A DNA stretch of 64,000 bases from the human T2T-CHM13v2.0 reference genome, Homo sapiens: NCBI RefSeq assembly GCF_009914755.1, contig NC_060936.1. One strand, given 5' to 3'. Within the stretch, counting starts at the first letter, position 1. The number at the start of each line of letters is the position of its first letter. Under the pieces are notes generated by a model. The model ran no database searches. It had not been told where the DNA came from and saw nothing but the letters and a program-made list of their open reading frames with translations. A program made the position numbers and the translations under genes. Below are positions 33,285 to 51,324 of the stretch, in pieces.

Positions 33285-33590
33285 GCTTGGAGTGGTAGGT
33301 GATGGCTGTAATCCCAGTGCTATGGGAGGCTGAGGTGGGAGGATTACTTGAGGTCAGGAGTTTGAAGCCAGCCTGGAGAACACAGTGAGACTCCCTATCT
33401 ACAAAAAAAAAAAAAAAAAGCTAGGCATGGTGAAGTGCATCTGTAGGATCTGTAGTCCTGTTACATGGCAGGCTGAGGCAGGAGGATCACTTGAGCCCAG
33501 GAGTTTGAGGCTGCAAAGAGCTATGACTGCACCAATGCACTCCAGCCTGGTTGACAGAGCCAGAGTCCCTGTCTTAAAAAAAAAAAAAAC
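33285..33590 (+). mobile_element. Alu (AluJ-like)
   Basis: ggaggatcacttgagcccaggagtttgaggctgca. Confidence 0.9.
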
Positions 33591-33599
33591 AAAAGAAAA

Positions 33600-35530
33600 A
33601 CTTTTTTTCCTCCTCCTCCTCCATGGGCTCTGTCCATGCCATCTCTGTTCTGTAAATGGCACCACCCCCTGCTGAGCTGCTCAAGGTGGTCATAACTCAT
33701 GTGTTGTGCTAACTCTGCTTTTGCCCTCTTCTCCAGTCAGAAGTCCTGTGATTCTAAACTTTATCCAACTTGTCCACTATCTCTATCTTCACTGTCATTA
33801 TCTTTGCCTAGGACACTGCTATCCCAGCTGGGCTACAGCAGTAGCCTCCTAACTGGTCTTAACTGGTCCTCTGCACCTGCTCTCCATGCTCAGCAATCCA
33901 TTTCCTACCTAGCAGCTTCAGTGATCTTAAGGTGTCCATTGAGTCTCATTCCTGCCTTTCCTGCCCATGGCACATAGAATAAAATAGAGACCCCGAGTCT
34001 TCTGCCTGTTCGTGCCACCTCTCCAGCTCTCTCCTATCTCCTCCCCTTGGCCTACTCTATTTCAGCCACTCTGGCCTCCTTTTGTTTTCTTCGACTTTCA
34101 AACCTTTCTCCACAACAGGGCCTTTGCACTTGCTGCTTCAGCCTGGAATGATTTTCCTCTGCACCTCCCCAAATTAGACCATCCTTTGGGTCTCAGCTAA
34201 AATGATGCTTCCAGACAGCTCTTTCCTGACCCCTTTATCAAGTGGACTTCCCTGCTCTTCTCCACCTTAACCTCATTATTTCTTGTTGCGGGAACTCAGG
34301 GACCCCAAATGGAGGGACTAGCTGAAGCCACAGCAGAGGAACATAAATTGTGAAGATTTTGTGGATATTTATCATTTCCCAAATAATACTTTTATACTTT
34401 CTTATGCCTGTCTTTATTTTAATCTCCTAATCCTGTTATATTCATAAGCTGAGGATGTACATCACCTCAGGACCACTGTGATAATTGTGTTAACTGTACA
34501 AATTGATTGTAAAACATGTGTGTTTCAATAATATGAAATCAGTGCACCTTGAAAAAGAAGAGAATAACAGCAATTTTTAGGGAACAAGGGAAGACAACCA
34601 TAAGGTCTGACTTCCTGCAGGTTTGGGCAAAAAGAGCCATATGTTTCTTCTTGCATGGAGTCTATAAATGGACATGCAAGTAGGACAGATATTGCTAAAT
34701 TCTTTTCCTAGCAAGGAATATTAATATTAATACCCTGGGAAAGGAATGCATTCCTGGGGGGAGGCCTATAAATGGCCACTCTGGGGATGTCTGTCTTATG
34801 CAGTTGAGATAAGGACTGAGATATGCCCTGCTCTCCTGCAGTACCCAAAGGCTTACTAGGGTGGGGAAAAACTCTGCCCTGGTGAATTTGTGGTCAGACT
34901 GGTTCTCTGCTCTCCAACCATGTTTTCTGTTGTTTAAGATGTTTATTAAGACAATACGTGCACCACTGAACATAGACCCTTATCAGTGGTTCTGCTTTTG
35001 CCCTTAGCTTTGTGATCTTTGCTGGACCTTTATCAGTAGTTCTGCTTTTGCCCTTTGTCTTGTTCCTCAGAAGCATGTGATCTTTCTTAGACCCTTAGTA
35101 GTAGTTCTGCTTTTTGCCCTTTGAAGCACGTGATCTTTGTACCTACTCCCTGTTCTTACAGCCTCCCCCCCTTTTGAAACCCTTAATAAAAACTTGCTGG
35201 TCTGAGACTCAGCAGGCATCATGGACTTACTGATACGTAGTGTCACCCCCAGCGGCCCAGCTGTAAAATTCCTCTCTTTGTAGTGTCTGTCTTTATTTCT
35301 CAGCTGGCTGACACTTACGGAAAATAGAAAGAACCTATGTTGAAATATTGGGGGCAGGTTCCATCAATAGTTCTTTCATGGATTTACTTATTTTTTGTCT
35401 CCCTCCATACCCTAGAAACTCCTGGAGGGCAGAGCTGTGTCTGCCATCTTCATCATTGCATTACCACCACCCAGCACAGTGCCTGGCACAAAAGAGTTGC
35501 TCAATAAATAAATCAGGATGAATGAATAAA
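33600..35530 (+). mobile_element. L2 LINE 3' portion interrupted by MER11
   Basis: cctcctaactggtct, ggcctttgcacttgctg; terminal cagtgcctggcaca...gctcaataaata...gaatgaat. Confidence 0.7.
34284..35369 (+). mobile_element. MER11 (HERV-K HML-8) solo LTR, MER11A-like
   Basis: tgttgcgggaa.tcagggacccc...aacataaattgtgaagattt...; end gaaatattgggggcaggttcc; about 1.09 kb. Confidence 0.88.
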
Positions 35531-35941
35531 CACATGGATAGGCACTTTGAACTACAGATGAGTTTAAATACTTTGTGTTTTTCTTAGTCAAACATGTGCA
35601 ATTAAGCATGTGATAAATGATATGATGACCACATGTGTGTCTTGCCTGATGTTCTTTGCAATCACTAAATGAAGTCAATTGTGCCTGTTTTGACAGTTCT
35701 GTTTTCAACCTAATGATCTGTTTCTTTTAACTTCTGGCTGTTGGCTTTGTTTGGGTTTGTTAGCCTGACAAAGTGGCAGATATTGGTATTTGCTCTTTTG
35801 TTTAAATGTCTGTCATGAACTTTAAAAATGCCTTTGCTTTTGGTAAGAAACCCTAGTTAGGACAGTCTAGCAGTCAGGATGATTTGGGTTCTGGTGCAGT
35901 AACAACAATCCCCAAATCTCAGTGGATCCATGCAGTGAGGT

Positions 35942-36244
<303 letters not shown>

Positions 36245-36656
36245 TGAGGCTTATTCTTGGTCACGTTGCATGTCTGGGCTGTGTTAGGGCATTGTGGGGT
36301 GGTCTGTTCATTGTGTTCACTCAGGGATCCAGGCTGACAAAAGCCCCATCTCTGCATGTGTCCTTGATCACTACTTCAGGGGAAAGGGAATGTGGTGGTT
36401 CACACAACACTTCCACCTGGAGGTGACTCAAGTTGCTCTTGCTCATGGTTCATTGGACAATACAGATCACAGAGACATGGGCAACTTCTCTGTGCCTGGA
36501 ATGGGAATCAAAATAAGAATAGCTACATTGATTTTCCCTAGCTATTACACAGAAGGCCTCATTTAAACACAGTTACTTATTTGTGTTTTGAAGCTAATTT
36601 TTGTCCATCAAAATTCACAGAAGATATGTGCATTTCCAAGTTATTATTAAGCACAA

Positions 36657-36952
36657 TTTTTTTTTTTTTTTGAGACAGAGTCTCACTCTCTTGCCCAGGC
36701 TGGAGTGCAGTGGCATGAACATGGATCACTGCAACTTATGCCTCCTGGGTTCAAGTGATTTTCGTGCCTCAGCCTCCCAAAGTGCTGTGACTACAGACAT
36801 CCACCACTGCGTCTGGCTAAGTTTTGTATTTTTAATAGAGATGGGGTTTCACCATGTTGGCCTGGCTGGTCTGGAACTCCTGACCTCAGGTGACCCACCT
36901 GCCTCGGCCGCCCAAAGTGCTGAGATGACAGGCATGAGCTGCCACGCCCATC
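36657..36952 (-). mobile_element. Alu
   Basis: Antisense dimeric Alu. Confidence 0.93.
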
Positions 36953-37091
36953 CTTGAGTATGATTTTTGATTGGGAGGGTCAGAGTTAGGGTTTTAGTCT
37001 GAGGACAGTATGATGTGAAGGTGAAAAGCAGAGCTTGGCTGTGAGTTTGCTGGGATGCCTGTGCTGCTTCTACAGTTCTTTGGCTGTGTGA

Positions 37092-37528
<437 letters not shown>

Positions 37529-37864
37529 TCAAAAATACTATTATTAATTTTGGGGGGTAGTTACTATATTTTGTGAAAATCAGAGTTCAGTACCTTGTAA
37601 CACTGGGTTGGGATCTATCCCAGAAGGAACAGGCTTCTAAAGAGGAAGGCATGGAGAGAGGGGCAAAATTTCAGTGTATGTTGTAATGACTTTAGGTATA
37701 TGGACCTGGGGCTGAGTTCTAGCTGGGGCCACCAGGTGGCAAGGTGGACTTTGCTAAATTCTATCACTTTCCCGGGCCTCAGACTCACTTGTTACAAATG
37801 GGGTTAAAGCATCCCTCTTTCAGGGCTAAGATAAAGATGATTAAGTAAGAGGGAATGAAAGTAA

Positions 37865-38192
<328 letters not shown>

Positions 38193-38204
38193 ATTTAACT
38201 TCTA

Positions 38205-38780
38205 TATTACTTTCCTGTTGGTGGATTTACCAGTGCAAACTGAGCAGCTTAAAACACCACCCAGTTATTATCTGTTTTCATGAGCCAAGGGTCTGGGCAG
38301 GGTTTAACTGGGTCTTCTATTCAGGGTCACAATACGGCAACCAGAGTGTCAGTTGGAGCTGGGGTCTCATCGGATGCTCAGTGTCTTCTTCCAAGCTTAT
38401 TCAGTCTGTGAACTGAATTCAATTACTTACAATTGTTGAATGAAGGCCCTCAACTCCTAGAGCTGCCACCTCCAAAGACAGCTCACAGCATGGCCGTTTG
38501 TGTCTCCTTGGAGGCTAAGGGTTCAATCTCTGAAACTTCACCTTTAAAAGATTCACCTGATTAGGTCTGGCCCACCTAAGATCATCCTGCTATGGATGAA
38601 CTCAAAGTCAGCTGAGCAAATGTGCTTAACAAAGCAAGTGTGACCATAATCACATTTGCAAAATCCCTTCCTCTTGGCCAAATCGCAAGCTCTGCACACA
38701 CTCAAGAAGAGGAGATGATACAGGGAGCAGATATAAGGGAGTGGGTCTCTTGGGGGCTGTCCTAGAACTATTTCCATTAC
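38205..38780 (-). mobile_element. MLT1 LTR
   Basis: gcagcttaaaacacca...cacctgattaggtc.ggcccacc...taatcacatttgcaaaatcccttc. Confidence 0.65.
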
Positions 38781-38910
38781 AACTTCCTTTCTCGAGGAAC
38801 AGCAGGCCTGGGGAGAGATGATCACAGATGAGCGCAGCCCACAGGTGGTGAGTGCCTGGTGCTGGGGTAGGATGCAGGAGGCTGTGAAGCAAGTATGAAA
38901 AGCCTTCTCT

Positions 38911-39071
38911 GGGCTGGGTGCAGTGGCTCACACCTGTAATCCCAGCAGTTTGGGAGGCCGAGGTGGGTGGATCACGAGGTCAAGAGATCGAGACTATCCT
39001 GGCCAACAAACATGGTGAAACCCCGTCTCTACTAAAAATAAAAAAATTAGCTGGGCATGGTGGTGCATGTC
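38911..39071 (+). mobile_element. Alu left arm, 3'-truncated
   Basis: Ends just after gggcatggtggtgcatg with no right arm or poly-A. Confidence 0.88.
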
Positions 39072-39230
39072 TCTAACAACCCAGCTCCTCAAGTGAGCAA
39101 TTCCTGTCCCTTTTAAGGGCTCACAACTCTAAGGGGGTCCACATGAGAGGGTCTTGATCTATTGACCAAGCAGGGAGTACGTGACTAGGGGCTGCATTCA
39201 GCAAACCCCATCTCTACTAAAAATACCAAA

Positions 39231-40203
<973 letters not shown>

Positions 40204-40650
40204 ACCTATGACTTTCTTATAACCAAAAGAATATGGCAGAGGTGATGGGATGTAGTGATTACGTTAGATAGGATGTTAAGTTGTCTGGCTAGGAGGCTGT
40301 CTGTCTTGCTGGCTTTGAAGATGTGAGCTGCCATGTCATGAGCGGCCAGATGGAGAGGCCCATGTGGCAAGAAGCTGAGGGCAGCAAGAAACTGGGGCCC
40401 TGAGTCCAGCAGCCTGCAAGGAACTGAATGCTGCCAACAACCAGATGAGCCTGGAAACAGATCAAACACCAGTCAAGCCTCCAGATGAGAACTGAGCCCT
40501 GGCTGACACTATGGCTGCAGCCTTGCACTGAACCCAGCTGAGTCACGCCTGGATTCCTGACCCACAGAAACCATGCAGTGATGACTGTCTGCTGTCTCAA
40601 GCCACAAAGTTTGCAGTAATATTGTTGCACAGCAATAGATAACTAATATA
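40204..40650 (+). mobile_element. MLT1 LTR fragment
   Basis: gagaggcccatgtggcaag...gaactgaatgctgccaacaacc...ttcctgacccacagaaac...gcaatagataactaata. Confidence 0.75.
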
Positions 40651-40907
40651 AAAACTGTCCTACATCATGTACATTACTGAGCGAAATGTAGAACCTGGAT
40701 TTGAGCTCTGATTTCAGAGGTGTGGTCTCAGTCTCCCCAGGGAGACCTGTCCTGGGAGACAGTTATGCCAGGCTGTGATGCTGTGATGATTGTTCTCTTC
40801 CTACCCAGAAGCTTTCAATAGGCATGTCAAGCATGTGACCCCAGCTGCATATACCAAATGTATTTCTGACAAATGCCAGGACATCGTGAGCTTTCTTGTT
40901 TTACTGA

Positions 40908-41299
<392 letters not shown>

Positions 41300-42344
41300 T
41301 GAAAGGAAAGAGCAAACACAGGGGAAACATAGGGGTGTTCAGAAACAGTTCCCAGGTTACTGTCTGTTTCAATATGTACAGTCCTCGAACCCACCTGCAA
41401 GATTCTGACTTGGCAGGTGAGAGTTGGAGATGGGGGAGCTACCTGGTTATGAGGGATCCCAGTTCATTTTGAGGCAGCTGGTTGTTAGACTGCATTGTAA
41501 AAATTACCCCCCAAAGATGTGAAAGGATAATTTATGTATTTCTAATAGAGTTTCACCATGTTGGCCAGGCAGGTCTCCAACTCCCAGCCTCAGGTGATCC
41601 ACCTGCCTTGGCCTCCCAAAGTGCTGGGATTACAGGCATGAGCCATTGCTCCTAGCAGTATTTTTTTAATGAGGCAAAATTCACATAACACATAAGTCCC
41701 TGTATGAAACCATATACTTCGGTATCATTAAATACATTCACAATGTTAAGCAATCATCATCTCTGTCTAGTTCCAAAACATTTTCATTAACACCCCCAGC
41801 CCCCCCAAAAAATAACCCTGTATCCAATCAAGCACTCTCCATCCCCTCCCCTTTCCCCCAGTTCCTGGCAACCACTTACCTGTTTTCTGCCTCTACAGAT
41901 TTGCCTATTCTGGACCTTTCACATAAATGGAATCATGTAATATATATAATAACCAAAAGGTAGCAACAACCAAGATGGCCATTTGGTTGATGAATGAATA
42001 AACAAAATGTGCTGTATCCATACAGTGAAAGTATTGGTGCCTACCACATGTGGATGGACCTTGGAAACATCACGCTAAGTGAGAGAGAGCCTTGGTATTG
42101 TCTCATCTCCCCAGGAGATTCCAAGGTGCAGCCAAGGTTGAGACCCAGTGACAAGCAATGGATATGGTTGGGTGCAGATGAAATAAGGCAGCCAGGGGCA
42201 GGAGGGATGTCTCATTGAAGTTGACTGTTTGTGGATGCCTAGCAGGGGTGGGGATGAGGGATGATAACAGCAACCCCAATCCCAACACAGCGTGACCGAT
42301 TTTATCTTCAGCCAGCTGATACGCCTCATGGGATTTGGACACGA

Positions 42345-42585
<241 letters not shown>

Positions 42586-42682
42586 TGACTTTCCACCTCC
42601 AGAAAATCCAAACCTTTGCCCTAGTCACAGTGGGACACCCCGGAGTTAATTTCAGAGAAATGTGGTTTTAAAAACAACTCCA

Positions 42683-42978
42683 GGCCAGGCGCAGTGGCTC
42701 ACGCCTATAATCTTAGCACTTTGGGAGGCCGAGGCGGACGGATCACGAGGTCAGGAGATCAAGACCATCCTGGCTAACACGGTGAAACCCCGTCTATACT
42801 AATAATACAATAAATTAGCCGGGCGTGGTGGCACAAGCCTGTAAGCCCAGCTACTCGGGAGGCTGAGGCAGGAGAATCGCTTGAACCAGGGAGTCAGAGG
42901 TTGCAGTGAGCCGAGAGCGCACCACTGCACTCCAGCCTGGTGACAGAGGGAGATTCCGTCTCAAAATAAATAAATAAA
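42683..42978 (+). mobile_element. Alu (AluSc/Y-like)
   Basis: gagatcaagaccatcctggctaacacggtg. Confidence 0.95.
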
Positions 42979-44047
42979 ACCCTCCGATATGAACACCAAA
43001 CTAGGATCATTCCATTGACTTCCCTCCACCAATCAGGGGGAGTGATGGTGATGGTGCATGAGTGTCTATTTGCATTGAGTCTTAATGGAAAATAAGGTTG
43101 TGTCACTCAAAGGAAAAACAAATCACAGCCCAGACTGGAGCTGTGGATTAATAACATGGCTGAGTGTTGGTACAGGCTTTCCACAGCAATATTAAAACTG
43201 AAAAAATCAGCAATGAAGCTCCCAGCCACATTTCTGCCTAATGATTTGGGGGAAAACAACAGAGGCACTCCTCAACTTTTCCTTCACTGCACAAAGTGGA
43301 TTTGGCTGGAAATGCCAAATGTGCTTGTAGCTGGGATCTTTCAAATGAAAGCAAGCTGGGAGTCAAACTCCTGCAGCCGCAGGCCAGAAATGGGTTGAGA
43401 CCAAACTATTATAGTAACACTGGTGCACATCTAAACAGATTTAACTCCCTCCCAGCAATCCAGATTAATTTAATATGCTTTCTTAATGGCATTCCGCATT
43501 TCTCATTAAAGCAAATGAACGTCCATCCCTCTGTGATAAATTAGGTCAAAAAACATTCATATATTTAGGGCACAGGGAAGGAGGAGTTGTTGGCTGTTAA
43601 AAAAAAAAAAAAAAAAAGTCCTGCAAATGGCCTTTCAAAGTCTAGACATCTTCATCATCAACACAAACATTCCTCTTCACAAAGGGACCTCAAGTAACCT
43701 TAGGCTGGAGGGCCCACCTGCGTATGTCTTTCTTCTCATTCTTTCTTACCTTCCCTCCAGCCCACACAACTCACATTCAGTGACCAAGTCACGTAGGTTT
43801 TACCTCCTAAATCTCTCATATCCTTCACTGCTCAGCCACTCTCCTGACACCACCATAAACCAAGCCACCATCACCTCCAGCTGTTTGACTGCAAATGCCT
43901 CCAGACTGGCCTCTGCTTTTCCCTGGCCCTGTGACAATCTGCACTCCTCACAGGGACCAAAGCAATCACTTCAGAAGGTGCATCCAAACAGATCACTCAA
44001 CTTTCAATGGCTCCCTCTGCTGTGTGGGTTAACAATGATAAAAGCTC

Positions 44048-44383
<336 letters not shown>

Positions 44384-44539
44384 TCAGTCCATCCCTACAT
44401 CAGCCCTTTATTTCACCAGTGGGGAAGCTGGGACAGAGAGTAGTTACGTGGGATGCCCAAGGTGGGACCACTCGTGTGAAGTTTCCACACCCTAATGTGA
44501 GACCCTCTATGACCTAGCCCCTGTCTTTCTCCAGCCTCA

Positions 44540-44900
<361 letters not shown>

Positions 44901-45049
44901 GTCCCTTAAATCTGCTGTATGCCTATCAACCTCAGGGACTTCACTATGCTGTTCCTCACCCTGAAATGCTGTTCCTCATTTCTCCACATAGTGAACTCAT
45001 CCCACCCCCTAGGCCTCTCCTTAAGTGTCATCTCTTCCAGGAAGATTTT

Positions 45050-45810
<761 letters not shown>

Positions 45811-45964
45811 GAAAGAAAGCCTTTCCTCACCCTGTGAGACTGAGCTCCCTCTCTCCATTTATACATTCTCTTTATGCCCTTTGCTTCTCTTTCAGAGCAA
45901 TTCACTTTGACCTGGGTCACCCTCAACTTAAGGCTCATAACTCCCCTAGATCCTCAGGGTCCAC

Positions 45965-46208
45965 ACTAAATGTGATGAAATATGATGCAAGCCACATATT
46001 TACTTTTGCATTTTGTAGTAACCACATTTTAAAAAGTAAAACAAAAGAAGTGAAGGTAATTGGAATAATATCAGAGATTTAAACAAATCTATCCGAAATA
46101 CCAGGTCTACAAGTATAAAATATTTTAACATTAACAAAATACTTTGCTTTCTTTTTATATTAAGTCTTCACAATCTAATGTGTATTTGACACTTCTCGCA
46201 CATCTCAG
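45965..46208. mobile_element. MER33-like DNA transposon fragment
   Basis: aatatgatgcaagccacat...accacattttaaaaagtaaaa...taagtcttc..aatct..tgtgtattt.acactt...gcacatctca. Confidence 0.65.
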
Positions 46209-47006
<798 letters not shown>

Positions 47007-47719
47007 GGAAACGAGATGTGGGGCTGCCACATGCAATATCGTGCATTAAAAGGATCTTCTACTCTGGAGGAAAATATCTTTGCTGATGCCAGACCAACCT
47101 AACACAAAGACCTTTTGGTTTTTTAATGTGACTGTGTTTTATTTTACAATGTGTAATTCACTTTAGAAGGGCAAAGTACCTGTCTGGGGAAAACTATTTA
47201 ATTTCCTGCATTTATTTAGAATATTGGCTAATGTTATTCTGAAGGGAAATATCTCTAACAAGTGAGTGGCCCCCACATAGACACAGCTCATGAGCTCACG
47301 GGGCAAAGGAATTGAACAGCAGCCTCCTAATAGCTAGCCTTCTTTGTGGTATGGAAATAATTATCAGCATGTAAAAGACTATATATATATTCAACAATTC
47401 TGACCCCCTGCAAAATTCAAATCTACAACTGATTTGCTTCCTGGGCTCCTGAAAACAACTTTGTCAAAATTGTTCAGAAATAAAATCGGCCAATCGTTGC
47501 CCCTTGGGGACGCAGGACAAAGCAAATCAGCCATGACCAATATGGAGTCCGCCGTACACAATTACATGCAGACCTGCAGGACATCGAGTCCCTGCTATGG
47601 TCCCTCCCCAGTCAGGCCCCCACTGCCTGGGCTGCAGCTAGAAGCATTCAGGCACAAGTGCATTCAACAAATACTTATTTAATTGCATTGGTGGCTAGAG
47701 GGCTGTTGTTGATTAAGGT

Positions 47720-48133
47720 ACATTAATGGATCCATTTCCTCCCTGTATCCAAGACTCTGCCATTTGTCTCTGCAGTGCCTCCCGCTGAAGAATCGGAGTA
47801 TATTTCTCCAGCCCCTAATGTTGGGTTTAGTCATGTGTCTAGCTTTGGCCACTGGAATATTAATCTGCATGACCAAAAACTTGGAAAGTATGCATTCATT
47901 TGTGCTCACTCACTCCTGCTGTCACCATGAGAACAAGCCCAGGCCAGCCTGCTGCTTCCAGCAGAAGATAAGAGACACCAAGAGCAAAGTCGAGCTTCCC
48001 AGACATGCTCATGCTAGATTAACCAATCCTCAGCTGACCCATAGCTCCATGAAAATAAATGACTGTTGTATTAAGCCACTGAGATTTGGAGTGACATGTT
48101 ATACAGCATTTTGTGACAATAACTAACTGATAC
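47720..48133 (+). mobile_element. MLT1 LTR (old)
   Basis: gctttggcca.tggaat...ccatgagaac...ttaagccactgagatttgg...taactgataca. Confidence 0.6.
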
Positions 48134-48319
48134 AAGGGTCACCATCCTTTATCTCTGTAGATTTTTGCCAATTTTTAATAGCTAGATGGAGATCTTCTAG
48201 TTGCCTTTATTTATAATGAATAAGACTGTAGAGCTACTTTGGCCTGACACTACCAGTTACCTACCCAGAAATTCAGAAATACTTTCTTCTCCAACCCACC
48301 CCAACCAACCATTACCATT

Positions 48320-48610
48320 TTCTTTTTTTTGAAACGGAGTCTTACTCTTTGCCTAGGCTAGAGTACAAGTGGCACAGTCAGAGCTCACAGTAACCTCAAA
48401 ATCCTGGGCTCCCCTGATCTTCCCCTTCAACCTCCTACGTAGCTAAGACTACAGACATGTGCCACCATGCCTGGCTAATTTTTTTATTCTTTGCAGAGAC
48501 AGGGTCTCACTATATTGCCCAAGTTGGTTTCAAACTCCTGGCCTCAAGCAGTCCTCCTGCTTCACCCTCCCAAAGTGCTAGGATTATAGGCATGAGCCAC
48601 CACACCCAGC
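48320..48610 (-). mobile_element. Alu (AluJ-like)
   Basis: gggtctcactatattgccca. Confidence 0.88.
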
Positions 48611-48725
48611 CTCTTCTTCTTTTTAAATAGAAACCCTATTTTATTCTGACAGCGGGTTGCTTACTTTTTTTTTTTTTAAGAAAAAATTGGCCCAGCCCCA
48701 GGGAATAAATTGTGACCAGTCTAAA

Positions 48726-48945
48726 CAGGGTTGGCAAACTATAGACCAAGGGCCAAATCTGGCCCTCTGACTGTTTGTATAAATTAAGTTTTACTGGAAT
48801 AAAAGCAGGTCCATTCATTTATGCCTTGTCTACATATGCTTTTAGACTACGATGGCACCACTGCGTCACTGCAACAGAGGTTATCTAGACCAAAAGCCTA
48901 AAATATTACCGTTTGCTTCTTTATGGAAAACGTTTGCCATTCCCT
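48726..48945. mobile_element. MER58A DNA transposon
   Basis: cagggttggcaaactat...gggccaaatctggcc...gttttactggaa...aaagcctaaaatatt...gtttgcca. Confidence 0.8.
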
Positions 48946-49573
48946 AGTCTAAGGTTGAGATTCTGAGCTTAACATTTTAGCCTACCCCCACTTACCAGTG
49001 ACTGGCTCAAAACAAGTCTGTGATTCCATTCTGACTGTTCTACTGAGGGAAATCCCCCTTCTTCTCATGCAGAGCTGATGAGGGTAAGTGGTATTAATAG
49101 GACATATGCTCAGGTTTTCTGAAAAATACTTTTATCTAGAAATGCATAGGAATATGCTGGTGCCTGAATGTACCATCTGGGGGCCTGGAGATTGACTCAC
49201 ACTGCCTCCAGAGCTAGCGCTCACACTTACTACTGAGAGGCCTGAGGAAACACCTGCCTACCCACCAACAGAACCTGCTCATGTCACCTGGAGAACTAGA
49301 GATCAGCCTGCCACACACACCACCCAGGAGCCCAGTGGCGCACCTGCCCACCTGGCACAGTGCTGCCACTGCCAGCAACCAAAGAAGCCACCTGGAGGCC
49401 CAGGGATTGGCCCATGCAGACAGGCTATCATCAGTGCCCACATACACTGCCCATGGTCCCTAGTATTGACACACCTGGTCTACCACCATTACCACTGATG
49501 CTGAAGGACAAGACTTCCAGGCATCCCCATCCTCAGCAAAGCCTCACCACAGCCTCCAATAACAACTGCAGTC

Positions 49574-49877
49574 TGGCTGGGCATGGTGGCTCACACCTGT
49601 AATCCCAACACTTTGAGAGGCTGAGGCAGGAAATCATGAGGTCAGGAGTTCGAGACCAGCCTGGCCAACATGGTGAAACCCTGTCTCTACTAAAAATACA
49701 AAAATTAGCTGGGCATGGTGGCACGTGCCTGTAGTCCCAGCTACTCAGGAGGCTGAGGCAGGAGAATCGCTTGAACCTGGAGGCAGAGGTTGCAGTGAGC
49801 TTAGATTGTGTCACTGCACTCCAGCCTGGTGAGAGAGCTAGACTCCATCTCAACCACAAACACACAAACAAAAAAAA
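49574..49877 (+). mobile_element. AluS
   Basis: TSD aactgcagtct. Confidence 0.95.
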
Positions 49878-51324
49878 CTGCAGTCTAAGCCACTGAATAA
49901 CTCACAGACACCACTCATGCCAATTACAGCTGAAGAAATCATATGCAGACTATACCACTGTGCCCACCCAGAATCAAAGCCAAAGTGTGATATCCAATGA
50001 ACACTGTAGATACAGCTATAAGAAAAGCTCTTTCCCATATAAAAGCCAACCCAAAAAATTGGAAGAAGTGACTGCTATGTCAGAGGCACAGATAGTCACA
50101 TAAGAATGCAAGAAATATTAAAAAGGAAACATAACATCGCCAAAGAAGCACAATAATTCTCCAGCAACAGATTCCAATGAAAAGAAAATCTATGAAATAC
50201 CTGAAAAAAATTCAGAATAATGATATTAAAGAAACTCAGGGAGATATAAGAGAGCACAGATAATGAATACAAAAAAATCAGGAAAATAATTCATGATCTG
50301 AATGAGAAATTCAACAGGGATAGACAGCATAACAAAGAACCAAACACAAATCCTGGAGGAGATGAAATCATTGAAAGAAATACAAAAGATAATTGACAGC
50401 TTTAACAATAGGCTAGATCAAGCAAAACAAAGAATTTCTGAACCTGAAGACTAGTCTTTTAAAATAATTCAGTCAGACAAAAAGAAAGAAAAAAGAATGA
50501 AGCAAGGCTACGTGACATATGGGACACATATGTGACAAAAAACTGAAATTCTGGGAGTTCTGGATGGAGATGAGATGGGTAAAGGCATAGAAAACCTATT
50601 TAATAAAATAATAACTGAAAACTTCCTGAAAGCTTCCAAATACAGGAAGCTCAAAGATTACCAAATAAATACAACTCAAAAAGGTCTTCTCCAAGGCACA
50701 TTATGGTAAAATTGTCAAAAGACAAAGAGAAAATGCTAAAAACAGCAAGAGAAAAGCATCAAGTCACTTATAAGAGAATCTCCATCAGGCTAACAGGGGA
50801 TTTCTCAGCAGAAACCTTTCAGGCTAGGAGAAAAGGGGATGTATACTACAAGTTAAAAAAAAAAAAAAAAAAGTAAGGCAAAAATGCTATACCCAGCAAA
50901 GCTATCCTTCACAAATGAAGAAGACTGGCACGGTTTCTCACATCTGCAATTCCAGAGACTCAGAAGGCTGAGGCAGGAGGATCCTTTGAGCCCAGGAGTT
51001 CAAGGCTGCAGTGAGCTATGATCATGCCACTGTACTCCAGCCTGGGTGACAGAGTGAGACTCCATTGCTTAAAAAAGAGAAAAAATATTTCTGAGATAAG
51101 CAAAAGACTGTTTGTTTGTGTCTTGTTTGTTGTGGTCCTACAAAAAATGCTTAAGGGAGTCCTACACTGGGAAGAAAAAGAACAATTTCTACCATCATGA
51201 AAATACATGAAAGTATAAAACTCATGGTAGCGCAGACACACAAAGGAGAAAGGATTCAATCGTCACCATTAAAGAAAACCACCAAACTGCAACAATAAAT
51301 AATGAGAGAAAAAAGGAACAAAGG

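Noticed and set aside
34970-35145. CRISPR-like repeat array
   Set aside because: Degenerate tandem units inside a MER11 LTR in primate DNA, with no unique spacers or cas genes
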